NCBI GenBank assembly: GCA_025360015.1
Contig: JANYCZ010000049.1
Coordinates: forward strand, 41,793 to 105,792
Length of the DNA: 64,000 bases
Origin: Verrucomicrobiota bacterium
Lineage (GTDB): Bacteria > Verrucomicrobiota > Verrucomicrobiia > Verrucomicrobiales > Verrucomicrobiaceae
Reading direction: 5' to 3'
The notes under the pieces: generated by a model
What the model saw: only the letters and a program-made list of their open reading frames with translations
What the model was told of the DNA's origin: nothing
Database searches by the model: none
Made by a program: the position numbers and the translations under genes
Shown here: positions 1-10,200 of the stretch, piece by piece
Numbering within the stretch: the stretch's first letter is position 1
Layout: each line of letters begins with the position of its first letter

Positions 1-1555
1 CGAAAAGTTGGAAGGCATTAGCTCCAGAAATGACTGGAGCCCGTTTCAGCACACGACGTCGTGCATTTTCGCCTGATGAGCCAATATCAAAGATGAAGCT
101 ACGCTTCTCAGTGTCAGCGGGTATACTCTTGGAAGGAGGAAGCTCCTTCTGGTGCATTGCTCTGCCTCCTTTGATCGAAATCAATACTTCATTGTAATCG
201 GGCAGATCAAAATCCTCCGGAGTCAACTCACATACGGCCTGATGATTCATCTCATCAAAAATGGCGAGGCCACGATCCAGCGTCCGATTGAACGCCTCTT
301 CCTCCAGCTTCAGCACGCTCTTGATCTGCTCCTTCTTCGTGCGCACTTCAGGGAACACATCGCCCATCTGGGTGGCGAGGGTGTCGACGAGCTTGTAGAA
401 GAAGGGTTCTTTGAATTCGAGGGTGCGGCCGTACTTCACGGCGCGGCGGAGGATACGGCGGAGGGTGTAGTTGCGGTCGGAGTTGCCGGGCTGGATGCCG
501 TCGGCGATTGCGAAGCTGAGGGTGCGCAAATGGTCGGCGATGACGCGGAAGGCGACGTCGATTTTTTCCTGCTCGGTCACGGGGACGACGTGGCCCTGCT
601 CATTGGCCTTGGGCAGGGTGCTGGCGTAGGTTTTGCCGGAGAGCTTGGTGAGCTCGTCGAAGATGGGCTTGAAGACGTCGGTGTCGTAGTTGCTGATCTT
701 GGCGGTCTCGAAGTCGGTAAAGTTTTTGGTGCCCTGGATGATGGAGCAGACGCGCTCAAAGCCCATGCCAGTGTCCACGTGCTGTGCGGGCAGCGGGACG
801 AAGGTGCCATCCGGATTGGCGTTGTATTGAATGAAGACGTTGTTCCAGATCTCGATGCAGCTGGCGTCGCTGCCGTTCACAAGGAGGGCACCGGCGCGCT
901 GGCGGTCTTCGCCGAGGTTCGGAGCGCCGGGGGTGAGGTCGATGTGGATCTCGGTGCAGGGGCCGCAGGGGCCGGTGTCGCCCATCATCCAGAAGTTGTC
1001 CTTCTTGTTGCCGTTGACGATGTGGATGTCGGGATCGAGGCCGATGCTGCGGAACTTCTCGGCCCAGATGTCCCAGGCTTCCTGGTCGCGCTCAGCGGGG
1101 TCGCCTTGGCCGGGCTGGTAGATGGTGGCGAAGACGCGGGTGGGCGGGAACTTCCAGCGCTCGATCACGAGCTCCCAGGCCCAGGAGATGGCTTCTTTTT
1201 TGAAGTAGTCGCCAAAGGACCAGTTGCCCAGCATTTCGAAAAGCGTGTGGTGATAGGTGTCCAGGCCGACGTCTTCGAGGTCGTTGTGCTTGCCACCGGC
1301 GCGGATGCACTTCTGGGTGTCCGCCGCACGGGTGGGCAGGCCTTTGTGCAGCACGCCGGGCCAGGTGTCCACGTCCGCGCTGCGCTCGCCGAGGAAGATG
1401 GGCACGAACTGGTTCATGCCGGCATTGGTGAAAATGCGCGCGCCGTCCCGGCTGGTGTAGCCCACGTTGTCACTGGGGACGATGGTGTGCTGCTTCTCCT
1501 TGAAGAAATCGAGGAAGCTCTGGCGGATCTGGGCGGCGGTGGGGACGGCGGACAT
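1..1555 (-). CDS. alaS: Alanine--tRNA ligase, N-terminal part (runs off the window start)
   Basis: Manual translation from ATG at 1555: [70 protein letters not shown], ending [10 protein letters not shown]. No stop before position 1. Confidence 0.97.
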   Translation of the reverse strand, partial: MSAVPTAAQIRQSFLDFFKEKQHTIVPSDNVGYTSRDGARIFTNAGMNQFVPIFLGERSADVDTWPGVLHKGLPTRAADTQKCIRAGGKHNDLEDVGLDTYHHTLFEMLGNWSFGDYFKKEAISWAWELVIERWKFPPTRVFATIYQPGQGDPAERDQEAWDIWAEKFRSIGLDPDIHIVNGNKKDNFWMMGDTGPCGPCTEIHIDLTPGAPNLGEDRQRAGALLVNGSDASCIEIWNNVFIQYNANPDGTFVPLPAQHVDTGMGFERVCSIIQGTKNFTDFETAKISNYDTDVFKPIFDELTKLSGKTYASTLPKANEQGHVVPVTEQEKIDVAFRVIADHLRTLSFAIADGIQPGNSDRNYTLRRILRRAVKYGRTLEFKEPFFYKLVDTLATQMGDVFPEVRTKKEQIKSVLKLEEEAFNRTLDRGLAIFDEMNHQAVCELTPEDFDLPDYNEVLISIKGGRAMHQKELPPSKSIPADTEKRSFIFDIGSSGENARRRVLKRAPVISGANAFQLF

Positions 1556-1758
1556 GATTGGCTGGGGAAAAGGGAGCGCGGATGGTAGCGGGAGGACGGC
1601 GAAGGTAAAGGCGGGGTTTTAAGGGCCGGTGGTCCGTGGTGGTCTTTGAGGATGAAGCCAGACCATCCATGGAGGGCGTGCCGCCACCTCGCTTCCGCTC
1701 CGGGCATGGAGAATGCCGCTCGCTGTCAAGATCGGGCCGCCAGACGCGTATCTGACTG

Positions 1759-4700
1759 GTGATCCGCCCCCTCATCACTTTTCTTTTTGTCTCTTCCGCC
1801 TTCGCGGAGCCAGCGCCGCGTCCCATCCAATTCTCCAAGGAGATCCGGCCCATCCTGAGTGAGAACTGCTTTTTCTGCCACGGCCCGGATGAAAAGAAGC
1901 GCGAGGCGGGCCTGCGCCTGGATGAGGAAACCAGTGCCAAAAAGGACCATGACGGCACCATCGCCGTGGTGCCGGGACATCCCGAAAAGAGCGCGCTGCT
2001 GGAGCGCATTGTAACCAAGGACCCCGATGAGGTCATGCCGCCGCCGAAGCAGCACAAGACCATCTCCCCCGCGCAGATCACGCTCCTGACCGAATGGATC
2101 AAGCAGGGCGCGCCCTGGGGAAAACACTGGAGCTATGAGAAGGTCGTCAAACCGGCTGTGCCTGCGGGGACCGCGCAGCCAGTAGATGCATTCTTGATCC
2201 AGCGCCTCAAGCAGGAAGGGCTCAAGTATTCGCCGCAGGCCGATACCGCCACGCTGATCCGCCGTGTCGCGCTTGATCTGACCGGGCTGCCGCCCACTCT
2301 CGAAGAGTTGGAGGCATTGGCGAAGCAGCCCTATGACACAGTGGTAGAGCATTACCTAGCCAGTCCCGCCTACGGCGAGCACTGGGCACGGCAGTGGCTG
2401 GATCTCGCGCGCTATGCGGACAGCTCCGGCTATCCGAGCGACCAGCCACGCGAGATCTGGGCCTACCGCGACTGGGTGGTGCGCGCATTGAATACGAACA
2501 TGCCGTTTGACCAGTTCACCATCGAGCAAAACGCGGGCGATCTGCTGCCCAAGCCGACGGACGACCAGCTCATCGCCACCGCATTCCATCGCAACACGAT
2601 GACGCAAAATGAAGGCGGCACCGATGACGAAGAATTCCGCAACGCCGCCATCATCGACCGCGTAAACACCACCTTCGCCGTGTGGATGGGCACCACGATG
2701 GCCTGCGCGCAGTGCCACACGCACAAGTTTGATCCCATCACGATCAACGAGTACTTCCAGTTCTACGCCTTCCTCAATCAAAGCGCTGACAGCGACAAGA
2801 AAGACGAAGTGCCGCTGCACAGCTTTGACACACCGGAGCTGATCCAGCAGCGCGCGCAGTTGAAAAGGGAGATTGATGAGCTTGAGAAAAAATTCACAGC
2901 CCCTGCTCCGGCATGGCTCGCCGGGCTCGATGTGTGGGACCAGGGCTTTGCCCGTGATCTGGGCTGGCAGACACCCCAGCCCGCCAAAGTGACCACGCAG
3001 TCGAAACAAAACGCCACCATCGCCCCGGGCGGCACGGTTTCGATTCCCAAAAACAGCGATACGGACAGCTACACCGTCGAGCTGCCCGCCACGGGAGACA
3101 AGCTCAGCGCGCTGCGCCTTGAAACGATGCCCGCCGCCGGTTTCGGCAACTTCGTCATCACGGATGTGAAGGCGGAAGTCGTACCACCTGATGGGAAGCA
3201 GGCACCGCAGGCGCGCTATGTGCGCATCGAGCTGCCCGGGGAGAAGAAGATGCTCCAGCTTGCGGAGGTGCAGGTTTTCAACGGCAGTGAAAACATCGCG
3301 CCCGCCGGTGTCGCCACCCAAAGCAGCCTCTACACCAATGCTGCCGCCAAGCGCGCCATTGATGGCAACACCGAAGGCGATTACGCTAAAAGCAGCGTGG
3401 CCCACACCGCTGGCACTGACAACGATCCCTGGTGGGAGGTGGATTTAAAAGCGGCCAAATCGGTGGACCGCGTCGTCGTGTGGAATCGCACAGATGGTGG
3501 CGTGGGCCGTCGTCTCGATGGCTTCCGCGTCGTGCTGCTAGATGACAAACGCCAGACCGTGTGGAAGAGCGACCCGACTCCTGCGCCCGAGAAAGACAAG
3601 ACCTTTGCCATCAGCGGTCCAGTGGCTGTGAGCTTCACCACGGCGCTGGCGGATTTTGAGCAGGACGGTTTCACCGCCGCCTCCGTCTTGAAGCCGAAGA
3701 ACAAAAAGCAGCAGGGCTGGGCTGTCGCCGGTGCCACCGACAAGCCGCATACACTCACCCTGCTGGCCGCTTCGCCGGTGGTGATTCCCGCAGGTGCCAG
3801 ACTGCGCATCACGCTCACGCAAAACAGTGAGCACAAGCAGCACACACTCGGCAGCTTTCGCCTCAGCTACACGGGAGATGCGCGGGTGCAGCAGGTGACC
3901 AAGGTACCGCAGAATGTGGTGGCCGCACTCGCCCAGGCGAAGGACAAACGCACGCCCGCGCAGCAGCAGACCGTGGTGGAGTATTTCGTCCGTAATGTGG
4001 CCAAAGCATCCGCCACGGAACGCACGCGTCTTGCCGCCGCCAGCAAAGAACTCGCCGCCCTCAAGCCGGTCACCGTGCCGATCATGCGTGATCTCGAACC
4101 AAAGCAGCGCCGGGTCACGAAGATCCAACTGCGCGGCAACTGGCAGGCGCTGGGGGATGAAGTCAGCGAAGCCACGCCTGCGGTTTTCAATTCGCTGCCT
4201 GCCGATGCCCCGCGCAACCGCCTCACGATGGCCCGCTGGCTTGTCAGCCGTGACAATCCACTCACCGCACGCGTGACGGTGAACCGCCTGTGGGAGAGCA
4301 TTTTCGGCACCGGCATTGTGCGCAGCAGCGAGGAGTTCGGCAGCCAGGGAGATCTGCCATTTCATCCCGAGCTGCTCGACTGGCTCGCCGCCGAATTGAT
4401 GGACAGCGGCTGGGACATCAAGCACATGCTCAAGCTGCTGCTCACCAGCGCGGCGTATCAGCAGAGCACCAAGACCACGCCGGAACTCAATGAACGCGAT
4501 CCCGACAACCGCCTGCTAGCGCGCGGCCCGCGCTTCCGTCCTACCGGCGAGCTGCTGCGAGATCAGGCACTCGCCGTCAGCGGCCTGCTCAGCGCCAAAA
4601 TGTATGGTGCGCCCGTGCGCCCCATGACGCCGAATCTCGGCCTCACCACCGCCTTTGGCCGCAGCAATGACTGGACCGTGAGCACAGGGGAGGACGGACA

Positions 4701-5154
4701 CCGCCGCAGCCTTTACACCGAAGTGCGCCGCAACAGTCCCTACGCCAGCTTCACCACCTTCGACGCCGGCAACCGCGAAGTCTGCCTGATCCGCCGCAGC
4801 CGCACCAACACGCCGCTGCAGGCCTTCGTGACGCTGAATGATCCCGTCTTCATCGAGACGAATCAAGCCATGGCCCGCCGCCTCGTCACTGAGGCCAAAG
4901 CCACGCCCGAGCGCCTTGCCCTGCTCTTCAAACTCTGCCTCTCCCGCGCACCGAATGCGCATGAAGCATCCTCGCTGACGCAGCTCTACACCGAAACGCT
5001 CACCACCTACCGCGCCGACTCGGCGGATGCCACCAAGATGGCCACCGATCCCCTCGGCCCTGCGCCCAAAGACGCTGACGTCGCCGAACTCGCGGCGTGG
5101 ACGACCATCGCCAATGTGGTGATGAACTTGGATGAGTTTTTGATGCGGAGATGA
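1759..5154 (+). CDS. DUF1549/DUF1553 (PSCyt/PSD1) planctomycete cytochrome c-type protein with inserted F5/8 type C-like domain
   Basis: Signal peptide; two CxxCH motifs (CFFCH, CAQCH); YGEHWARQWLDLARYADS, NPLTARVTVNRLW, RSRTNTPLQA; central discoidin-like segment (AKRAIDGN, WWEVDL). Confidence 0.9.
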   Translation: MIRPLITFLFVSSAFAEPAPRPIQFSKEIRPILSENCFFCHGPDEKKREAGLRLDEETSAKKDHDGTIAVVPGHPEKSALLERIVTKDPDEVMPPPKQHKTISPAQITLLTEWIKQGAPWGKHWSYEKVVKPAVPAGTAQPVDAFLIQRLKQEGLKYSPQADTATLIRRVALDLTGLPPTLEELEALAKQPYDTVVEHYLASPAYGEHWARQWLDLARYADSSGYPSDQPREIWAYRDWVVRALNTNMPFDQFTIEQNAGDLLPKPTDDQLIATAFHRNTMTQNEGGTDDEEFRNAAIIDRVNTTFAVWMGTTMACAQCHTHKFDPITINEYFQFYAFLNQSADSDKKDEVPLHSFDTPELIQQRAQLKREIDELEKKFTAPAPAWLAGLDVWDQGFARDLGWQTPQPAKVTTQSKQNATIAPGGTVSIPKNSDTDSYTVELPATGDKLSALRLETMPAAGFGNFVITDVKAEVVPPDGKQAPQARYVRIELPGEKKMLQLAEVQVFNGSENIAPAGVATQSSLYTNAAAKRAIDGNTEGDYAKSSVAHTAGTDNDPWWEVDLKAAKSVDRVVVWNRTDGGVGRRLDGFRVVLLDDKRQTVWKSDPTPAPEKDKTFAISGPVAVSFTTALADFEQDGFTAASVLKPKNKKQQGWAVAGATDKPHTLTLLAASPVVIPAGARLRITLTQNSEHKQHTLGSFRLSYTGDARVQQVTKVPQNVVAALAQAKDKRTPAQQQTVVEYFVRNVAKASATERTRLAAASKELAALKPVTVPIMRDLEPKQRRVTKIQLRGNWQALGDEVSEATPAVFNSLPADAPRNRLTMARWLVSRDNPLTARVTVNRLWESIFGTGIVRSSEEFGSQGDLPFHPELLDWLAAELMDSGWDIKHMLKLLLTSAAYQQSTKTTPELNERDPDNRLLARGPRFRPTGELLRDQALAVSGLLSAKMYGAPVRPMTPNLGLTTAFGRSNDWTVSTGEDGHRRSLYTEVRRNSPYASFTTFDAGNREVCLIRRSRTNTPLQAFVTLNDPVFIETNQAMARRLVTEAKATPERLALLFKLCLSRAPNAHEASSLTQLYTETLTTYRADSADATKMATDPLGPAPKDADVAELAAWTTIANVVMNLDEFLMRR

Positions 5155-5208
5155 ATCGTCCGGCTAAATCGTCGATTGCTCTTTGTTTGCCAGAGACCAT
5201 GTTTTATT

Positions 5209-5427
5209 ATGACCATCGCACTCGAACAGATCCGGCAGATGCCAGTAGTGCAGCGCATTCAATTGGTGGAGGACATCTGGGACACAATGGTGGCTGAAGA
5301 TGTGGATTTTCCAATGAGCAGCGCACAGCTCACGGAACTGGACGCACGCCGTGCCGCAATGATGGCTGATCCATCCATTGGAATCCCATGGGCGGAAGCG
5401 AAAGCGCGACTCCTGGCTGGAAATTGA
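5209..5427 (+). CDS. Putative addiction module component (antitoxin, TIGR02574-like)
   Basis: 72 aa with RIQLVEDIWD, ELDARRAA and GIPWAEAKARL, directly upstream of a RelE/ParE-like frame. Confidence 0.8.
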   Translation: MTIALEQIRQMPVVQRIQLVEDIWDTMVAEDVDFPMSSAQLTELDARRAAMMADPSIGIPWAEAKARLLAGN

Positions 5428-5430
5428 GCC

Positions 5431-5733
5431 ATGAAGACATCGGTCCTCTCACCCTGCGCGTTAGGTGACGCTGATGATGCGCGGCGTTGGTATGAGAGCT
5501 GTGAGCCAGGCCTGGGCTCAGAGTTTGTTCGCGCTTTGGAGGAGTGCCTGTCCCGAATCGAGGCTGATCCCGAACTCTACCGAATCGTGCTGGCCCCGTA
5601 TCGCTAAGTGCTCATGCGCAGGTTCCCTTTTCAGATCATTTATGAAGTCCGTGAAGACTGTCTTTGGATCCTCGCGGTTTATCACGCGAAACGAGATTCA
5701 GCCCAGTTGCGCAAAAGGATGACCGGACCTTGA
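5431..5733 (+). pseudogene. RelE/ParE-family toxin interrupted by in-frame TAA
   Basis: Reads MKTSVLSPCALGDADDARRWYESCEPGLGSEFV...PYR*VLMRRFPFQIIYEV...ILAVYHAKRD. TAA at 5605-5607 (codon 59), frame continues to TGA at 5731-5733. Confidence 0.82.
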
Positions 5734-5749
5734 ACGTATCTTTCTGCAC

Positions 5750-7201
5750 ATGAACCCCATCACTCACGACACCCTTCAGCTCAAGACGCGCCGTCAGTTC
5801 CTCGGCAACGCGGGGCAGTTCAGCCTTGGGGCCATCGCCATGCAGGCGCTGCAGCAGAAGGCGGGAGCCAGTGCTGCGGCGGACAATCCGCTCGCGCCGA
5901 AGAAGTCGCAGTTTGCACCGAAGGCCAAGCGCGTGATCTACCTGCACATGTCGGGAGCGCCGCCGCATCTCGACCTGTTTGACTACAAACCGGAGCTGGT
6001 GAAGCGCAGCGGGCAGGACTGCCCTGACTCGATCCTCAAAGGCCGCCGCTTTGCCTTCACCACCGGGGTGCCAAAGCTCATGGGCACACCGCGTACCTTT
6101 GCGCGCTATGGCAAAGGCGGGATCACGATGAGCGATGCCTGCCCGAACTTCCACACCATCGCCGATGAGATGTGCATGATCCGCTCGATGAACACAGATC
6201 AGTTCAATCATGCGCCGGCGGAGCTGCTGCTCTTCACCGGGCATGCGCGGCAGGGGCGTCCCTCCATGGGTTCGTGGGCCACGTATGGACTCGGCACGGA
6301 GAATCAGGATCTTCCCGGCTTCGTCGCACTCATCTCCAGCGGCACGCAGCCCAGCGGCGGCCAGGGCTGCTGGGGCAGCGGCTTCATTCCCAGCGTGTAT
6401 CAGGGCGTGCAGTGCCGCAGCAAAGGCGATCCCGTTCTGTTTGTGAGCGATCCCGCCGGCATGAACCGCACCATGCGCCGCAAGACGCTGGATGCGCTGC
6501 AGGATCTCAATCAGCAGCAGGTCGCCGAATTTGGCCATCCCGAGACCGTCACACGCATCGCGCAATATGAACTCGCCTTTCGCATGCAGACCAGCGTGCC
6601 TGAGGTGATGGACATCTCGAAAGAGCCGAAAGAGGTCATTGAAGCCTATGGCGCGAAACCCGGGGAGGCGAGCTTTGCCAACAACTGCCTGCTCGCGCGG
6701 CGGCTCATTGAAAAGGGCGTGCGCTTTGTGAATCTCTTCGACTGGGGCTGGGACTTCCACGGTACCAGTGAAGGCAGCGGCATCACCACAGGCCTCACGA
6801 ACAAAATGGCCGCGACCGACAAGCCCGTGGCCGCGCTCATTAAAGACCTCAGACAGCGCGGCCTGTTGGACGACACCCTCGTCATCTGGGGCGGTGAATT
6901 TGGCCGCACCCCCTTCCGCGAAGGCCGCACCGCCGCCAGCCAGGTGCTCGGTCGCGATCACTACCCCGACTGCTTCTCACTCTTCATGGCCGGCGGTGGA
7001 GTGAAGGGCGGCTTTGAATACGGCAGCACGGACGAGCTCGGTTTCGGCGTCACTGAAAACAAAGTCCACGTGCACGACTTCCAAGCCACGGTGATGCACC
7101 TGCTCGGCTTTGATCACGAGCGTCTGACGTATCGTTTCCAAGGCCGCGACTATCGACTGACGGACATCCACGGGCATGTGGTGAAGGACCTACTGGCGTA
7201 G
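5750..7201 (+). CDS. DUF1501 domain protein (sulfatase-like), Tat-type signal
   Basis: TRRQFL N-terminus; [54 protein letters not shown]. Confidence 0.92.
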   Translation: MNPITHDTLQLKTRRQFLGNAGQFSLGAIAMQALQQKAGASAAADNPLAPKKSQFAPKAKRVIYLHMSGAPPHLDLFDYKPELVKRSGQDCPDSILKGRRFAFTTGVPKLMGTPRTFARYGKGGITMSDACPNFHTIADEMCMIRSMNTDQFNHAPAELLLFTGHARQGRPSMGSWATYGLGTENQDLPGFVALISSGTQPSGGQGCWGSGFIPSVYQGVQCRSKGDPVLFVSDPAGMNRTMRRKTLDALQDLNQQQVAEFGHPETVTRIAQYELAFRMQTSVPEVMDISKEPKEVIEAYGAKPGEASFANNCLLARRLIEKGVRFVNLFDWGWDFHGTSEGSGITTGLTNKMAATDKPVAALIKDLRQRGLLDDTLVIWGGEFGRTPFREGRTAASQVLGRDHYPDCFSLFMAGGGVKGGFEYGSTDELGFGVTENKVHVHDFQATVMHLLGFDHERLTYRFQGRDYRLTDIHGHVVKDLLA

Positions 7202-7226
7202 GCTGGGGTTCGTGCGACTGCCCGGA

Positions 7227-7252
7227 CCGCTCAGCGGACTGAGCGGACCACG
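7227..7252. repeat. REP-like palindrome between convergent genes
   Basis: ccgctcag-cgga-ctgagcgg-accacg; near copies at 25651-25676 and, in reverse complement, 25525-25550. Confidence 0.75.
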
Positions 7253-7258
7253 AGCCGC

Positions 7259-10200
7259 CTACTTCATGGGATGCTGCTTCAGCAGCTCATCCGTGGTGTA
7301 GAGCATCATGCGACCGGGGTTGGCGTCGCGGACGGCTTTGACTTCGGGGGCGGTGATGGGTTCGGCTTTGTTGCCAAAATGGTTGCGGACGAAGGTGAGG
7401 ACGCTGGCGATTTCCTCGTCTTTGAGCATGCCGCCGAAGGGGGTCATGGGGACTTGGCCGTTGTATTCTTTGTCGCCGACTTTGAGGGGGCCCATGAGAC
7501 CGTACATGGCGATCTTGATGAGGCGGTCGCGATCCGTGGTGACCCAGGGGCTGTTGACGATGCTGGGGAAGGCGGGGTCAATACCGGCGCCATTCGGCTG
7601 ATGGCAGGTGACGCAGTGGCCTTCGCGGAAGTAGATTTCCTGACCGAGCTTGAACTGCTTCTTGGCGGCGTCGCTGAGGTGGGCGGGCGGCGGGATGACG
7701 GGATGCTCGGGCTTCACGATTTCTGCGATGCCGGCGAGGCGGTCGGCAGCGGTTTTGATAGCGGCCTTATTCCAGTCGTCCTGCGGGAGCTTAGCAGCGA
7801 TGGCGACGATGTTTTTCGCGGCAGGAATGTTTGGCAGCCAAGAGGCGGCAACGACGGCTTCGAGGCGCACGCGACCGTGTTCGTCAGCGGCGGCTTTTTC
7901 GAGGAGGGCGACGCTGTCGGCGATGCGGTGGGTGTTGTAGCGCAGCACACGCACGGCGGCGGCACGGGCGTGGAAGTCGGGGGAGGCGAGCATCTCGCGC
8001 AGCAGACCTTCATCGGCCTGGTTCAGGCCCCAGGTGACCCAGAGGGCTTCGAGCTTGGCATGCACATCCTTCTGCTCGGCGGCCCAGGTCTTGATGGCGG
8101 GCAGCACTTCTTTGACGTCGCGGCCGTTCAGCTCGCGGCGGGCGCGGTAGCGGGTGCGGAGTTCGGGTTCCTTCAGGTCTTCGAAGAGCGTGGCGAGCGG
8201 AGCCCCGGCGACGGGCACGGGCTTCACCAGCGGACGGCCCGGGTAGGTAATGCGGTAGATGCGGCCATGCACGTGGTCGCGCAAGGGGTCACGGGCGTTG
8301 TGCTGCATGTGGCCGATGAGAACGTTGTGCCAGTCGATGACGTAGAGCGAGCCATCCGGGGCGAATTCGAGATCGACGGGGCGGAAGTTGCCGTCGGTGC
8401 TGACGAGCAGATCCTGCCGGTGCGCGGTCTTCCAGCCGGTGCCGCTGTCTTCGATCTTCACCTGCTTGATGCCGAGGAAACCGATGGCATTGCAGTAAAT
8501 GAGGTCGCCCTGCACTTCGTCGGGGAAGTGGCGGGAGGAGACGATCTCCAGGCCGCTGGTGGGGCGCACTTTGTGGCCGTCCGGCACGAGGTCGGCGGTG
8601 GACGGTGTCTTGCTGCCAAAGGTGGGCTTCACTTCGACAGGCAGGGCCCAGTTCATGGTGGTGCCGGAGGTGTGCAGGAGGAAATCCTGGCCCCACTGGT
8701 CAAAGACGAAGCCCCAAGGATTCGGGATGCTCATTTGGATGGTGCGCTCCAGCATGCCGCGCTGCGGGCTGTAACGGAAGAAGCCGCCATCGACGCAGCG
8801 CACGGGGCCGTAGGGTGTCTCGATATTGGAGTGGAGGAACACGCCCTCGCACATCATGAAGGCACCGCTGGGATCCGCGGCGAAGGCACTGATGGCGTGG
8901 TGGGTGTCGTGCGTGTCAAAGCCGCCGAGGACGATCTCCATGCTGTCGGCGTGGTCGTCGCCATTCGTGTCGCGGATGAGCATGAGGTTGGGCTCCTGGG
9001 TCACATAGACGCCTTCCGGGGCGAATTCGATGCCGATGGGCAGGTGCAGCTTGTCGGCGAAGATGATTTCCTTGTCCGCTTTGCCGTCGTTGTTGGTGTC
9101 TTCGTAGATGAGGATCTTGTCATCCGGCATGGCATCGCCGGGTTTGTAGTGCGGGTAGGTCGGCATGGTGGCGACCCACAGGCGGCCTTTGTTGTCGAAG
9201 GACATCTGCATGGGGTTCGCGAGATTCGGGAACTCTTTTTCCGAGGCAAACATCTCCACCTTGTAGCCTTCTGGCACCTTGAGGGACTTCAGGGCGTCCT
9301 CGCCATACAGGTACGTCTCGCTGCCGTTCTTGACGCTCGGCACGTAGTTCGTCGGCACAGGTGGCAGGGCGTGAGTCTTGCTGTCGTCGACTTTAAGATC
9401 TGTGGTTTTACCGGTGGCGACGGAATGGATCAGGCCATCGCGCAGCGCGGTCATCTCGCGGCTCTTCTGCACTTCATCGGGGTAATTCTGCGGACCGTAG
9501 GGATTGTAGCGGCGGCCGTGGGCATGGACACCGTTGAGGATGTTGTAGTCGGTATTCCAGAACCAGTCCTTCTCCTTCACCGCTTCATGCACCAGCTTGG
9601 GATCGGCCTTCGACTCGCGGCTCGCGTGCCCATACAGGCCGGTGGCGAGCAGCTTGCCAATTTCCTCATAGCCTTTCTCCGTCGGGATGAAGCCACCCGT
9701 GGTGAAGAACTCGCCGCCCTTGGCCTCAAGCTCCTGCGTGGGGGTGAAAAGATCGATGTAGGTCAGGCCGTGCTTTTTGGCGACCTTCTCAATGGAACTC
9801 GCATAGAGCAGCAGGTTCGCGTTCTCGATATCGCCCTTCGGCAGATCGCGTTTCGCGCTTTGGTTTTCGTAGGCGATGGGGCTGACGAGCACGACGCGAG
9901 GTGCGGCCTTGCCGTTGTAAGCTTTGCTCAATGTGTGGACGACCCAGGCATCCAGTTCAGCTTCGAAATTGCCGACCTTGGAGGGGCCGTCGAAGGATTC
10001 GTTGTAACCGAAGAAGCCGACGATGGTGTCCGCCTGCAGATGCGTGAGCCACTGGTCCGGCGTGGCGTAGAAGCCCTGACCGTTGTGGATGGACTTATCA
10101 GGGTGAAACTTGTTCGCGCCGGGGAAGGCCCACTGGGATGCGCGGGAGGGGTGCGGGCGAAAACCGGGGGTGTCGCCCACATGGCCCATGTTGCGGAAAA

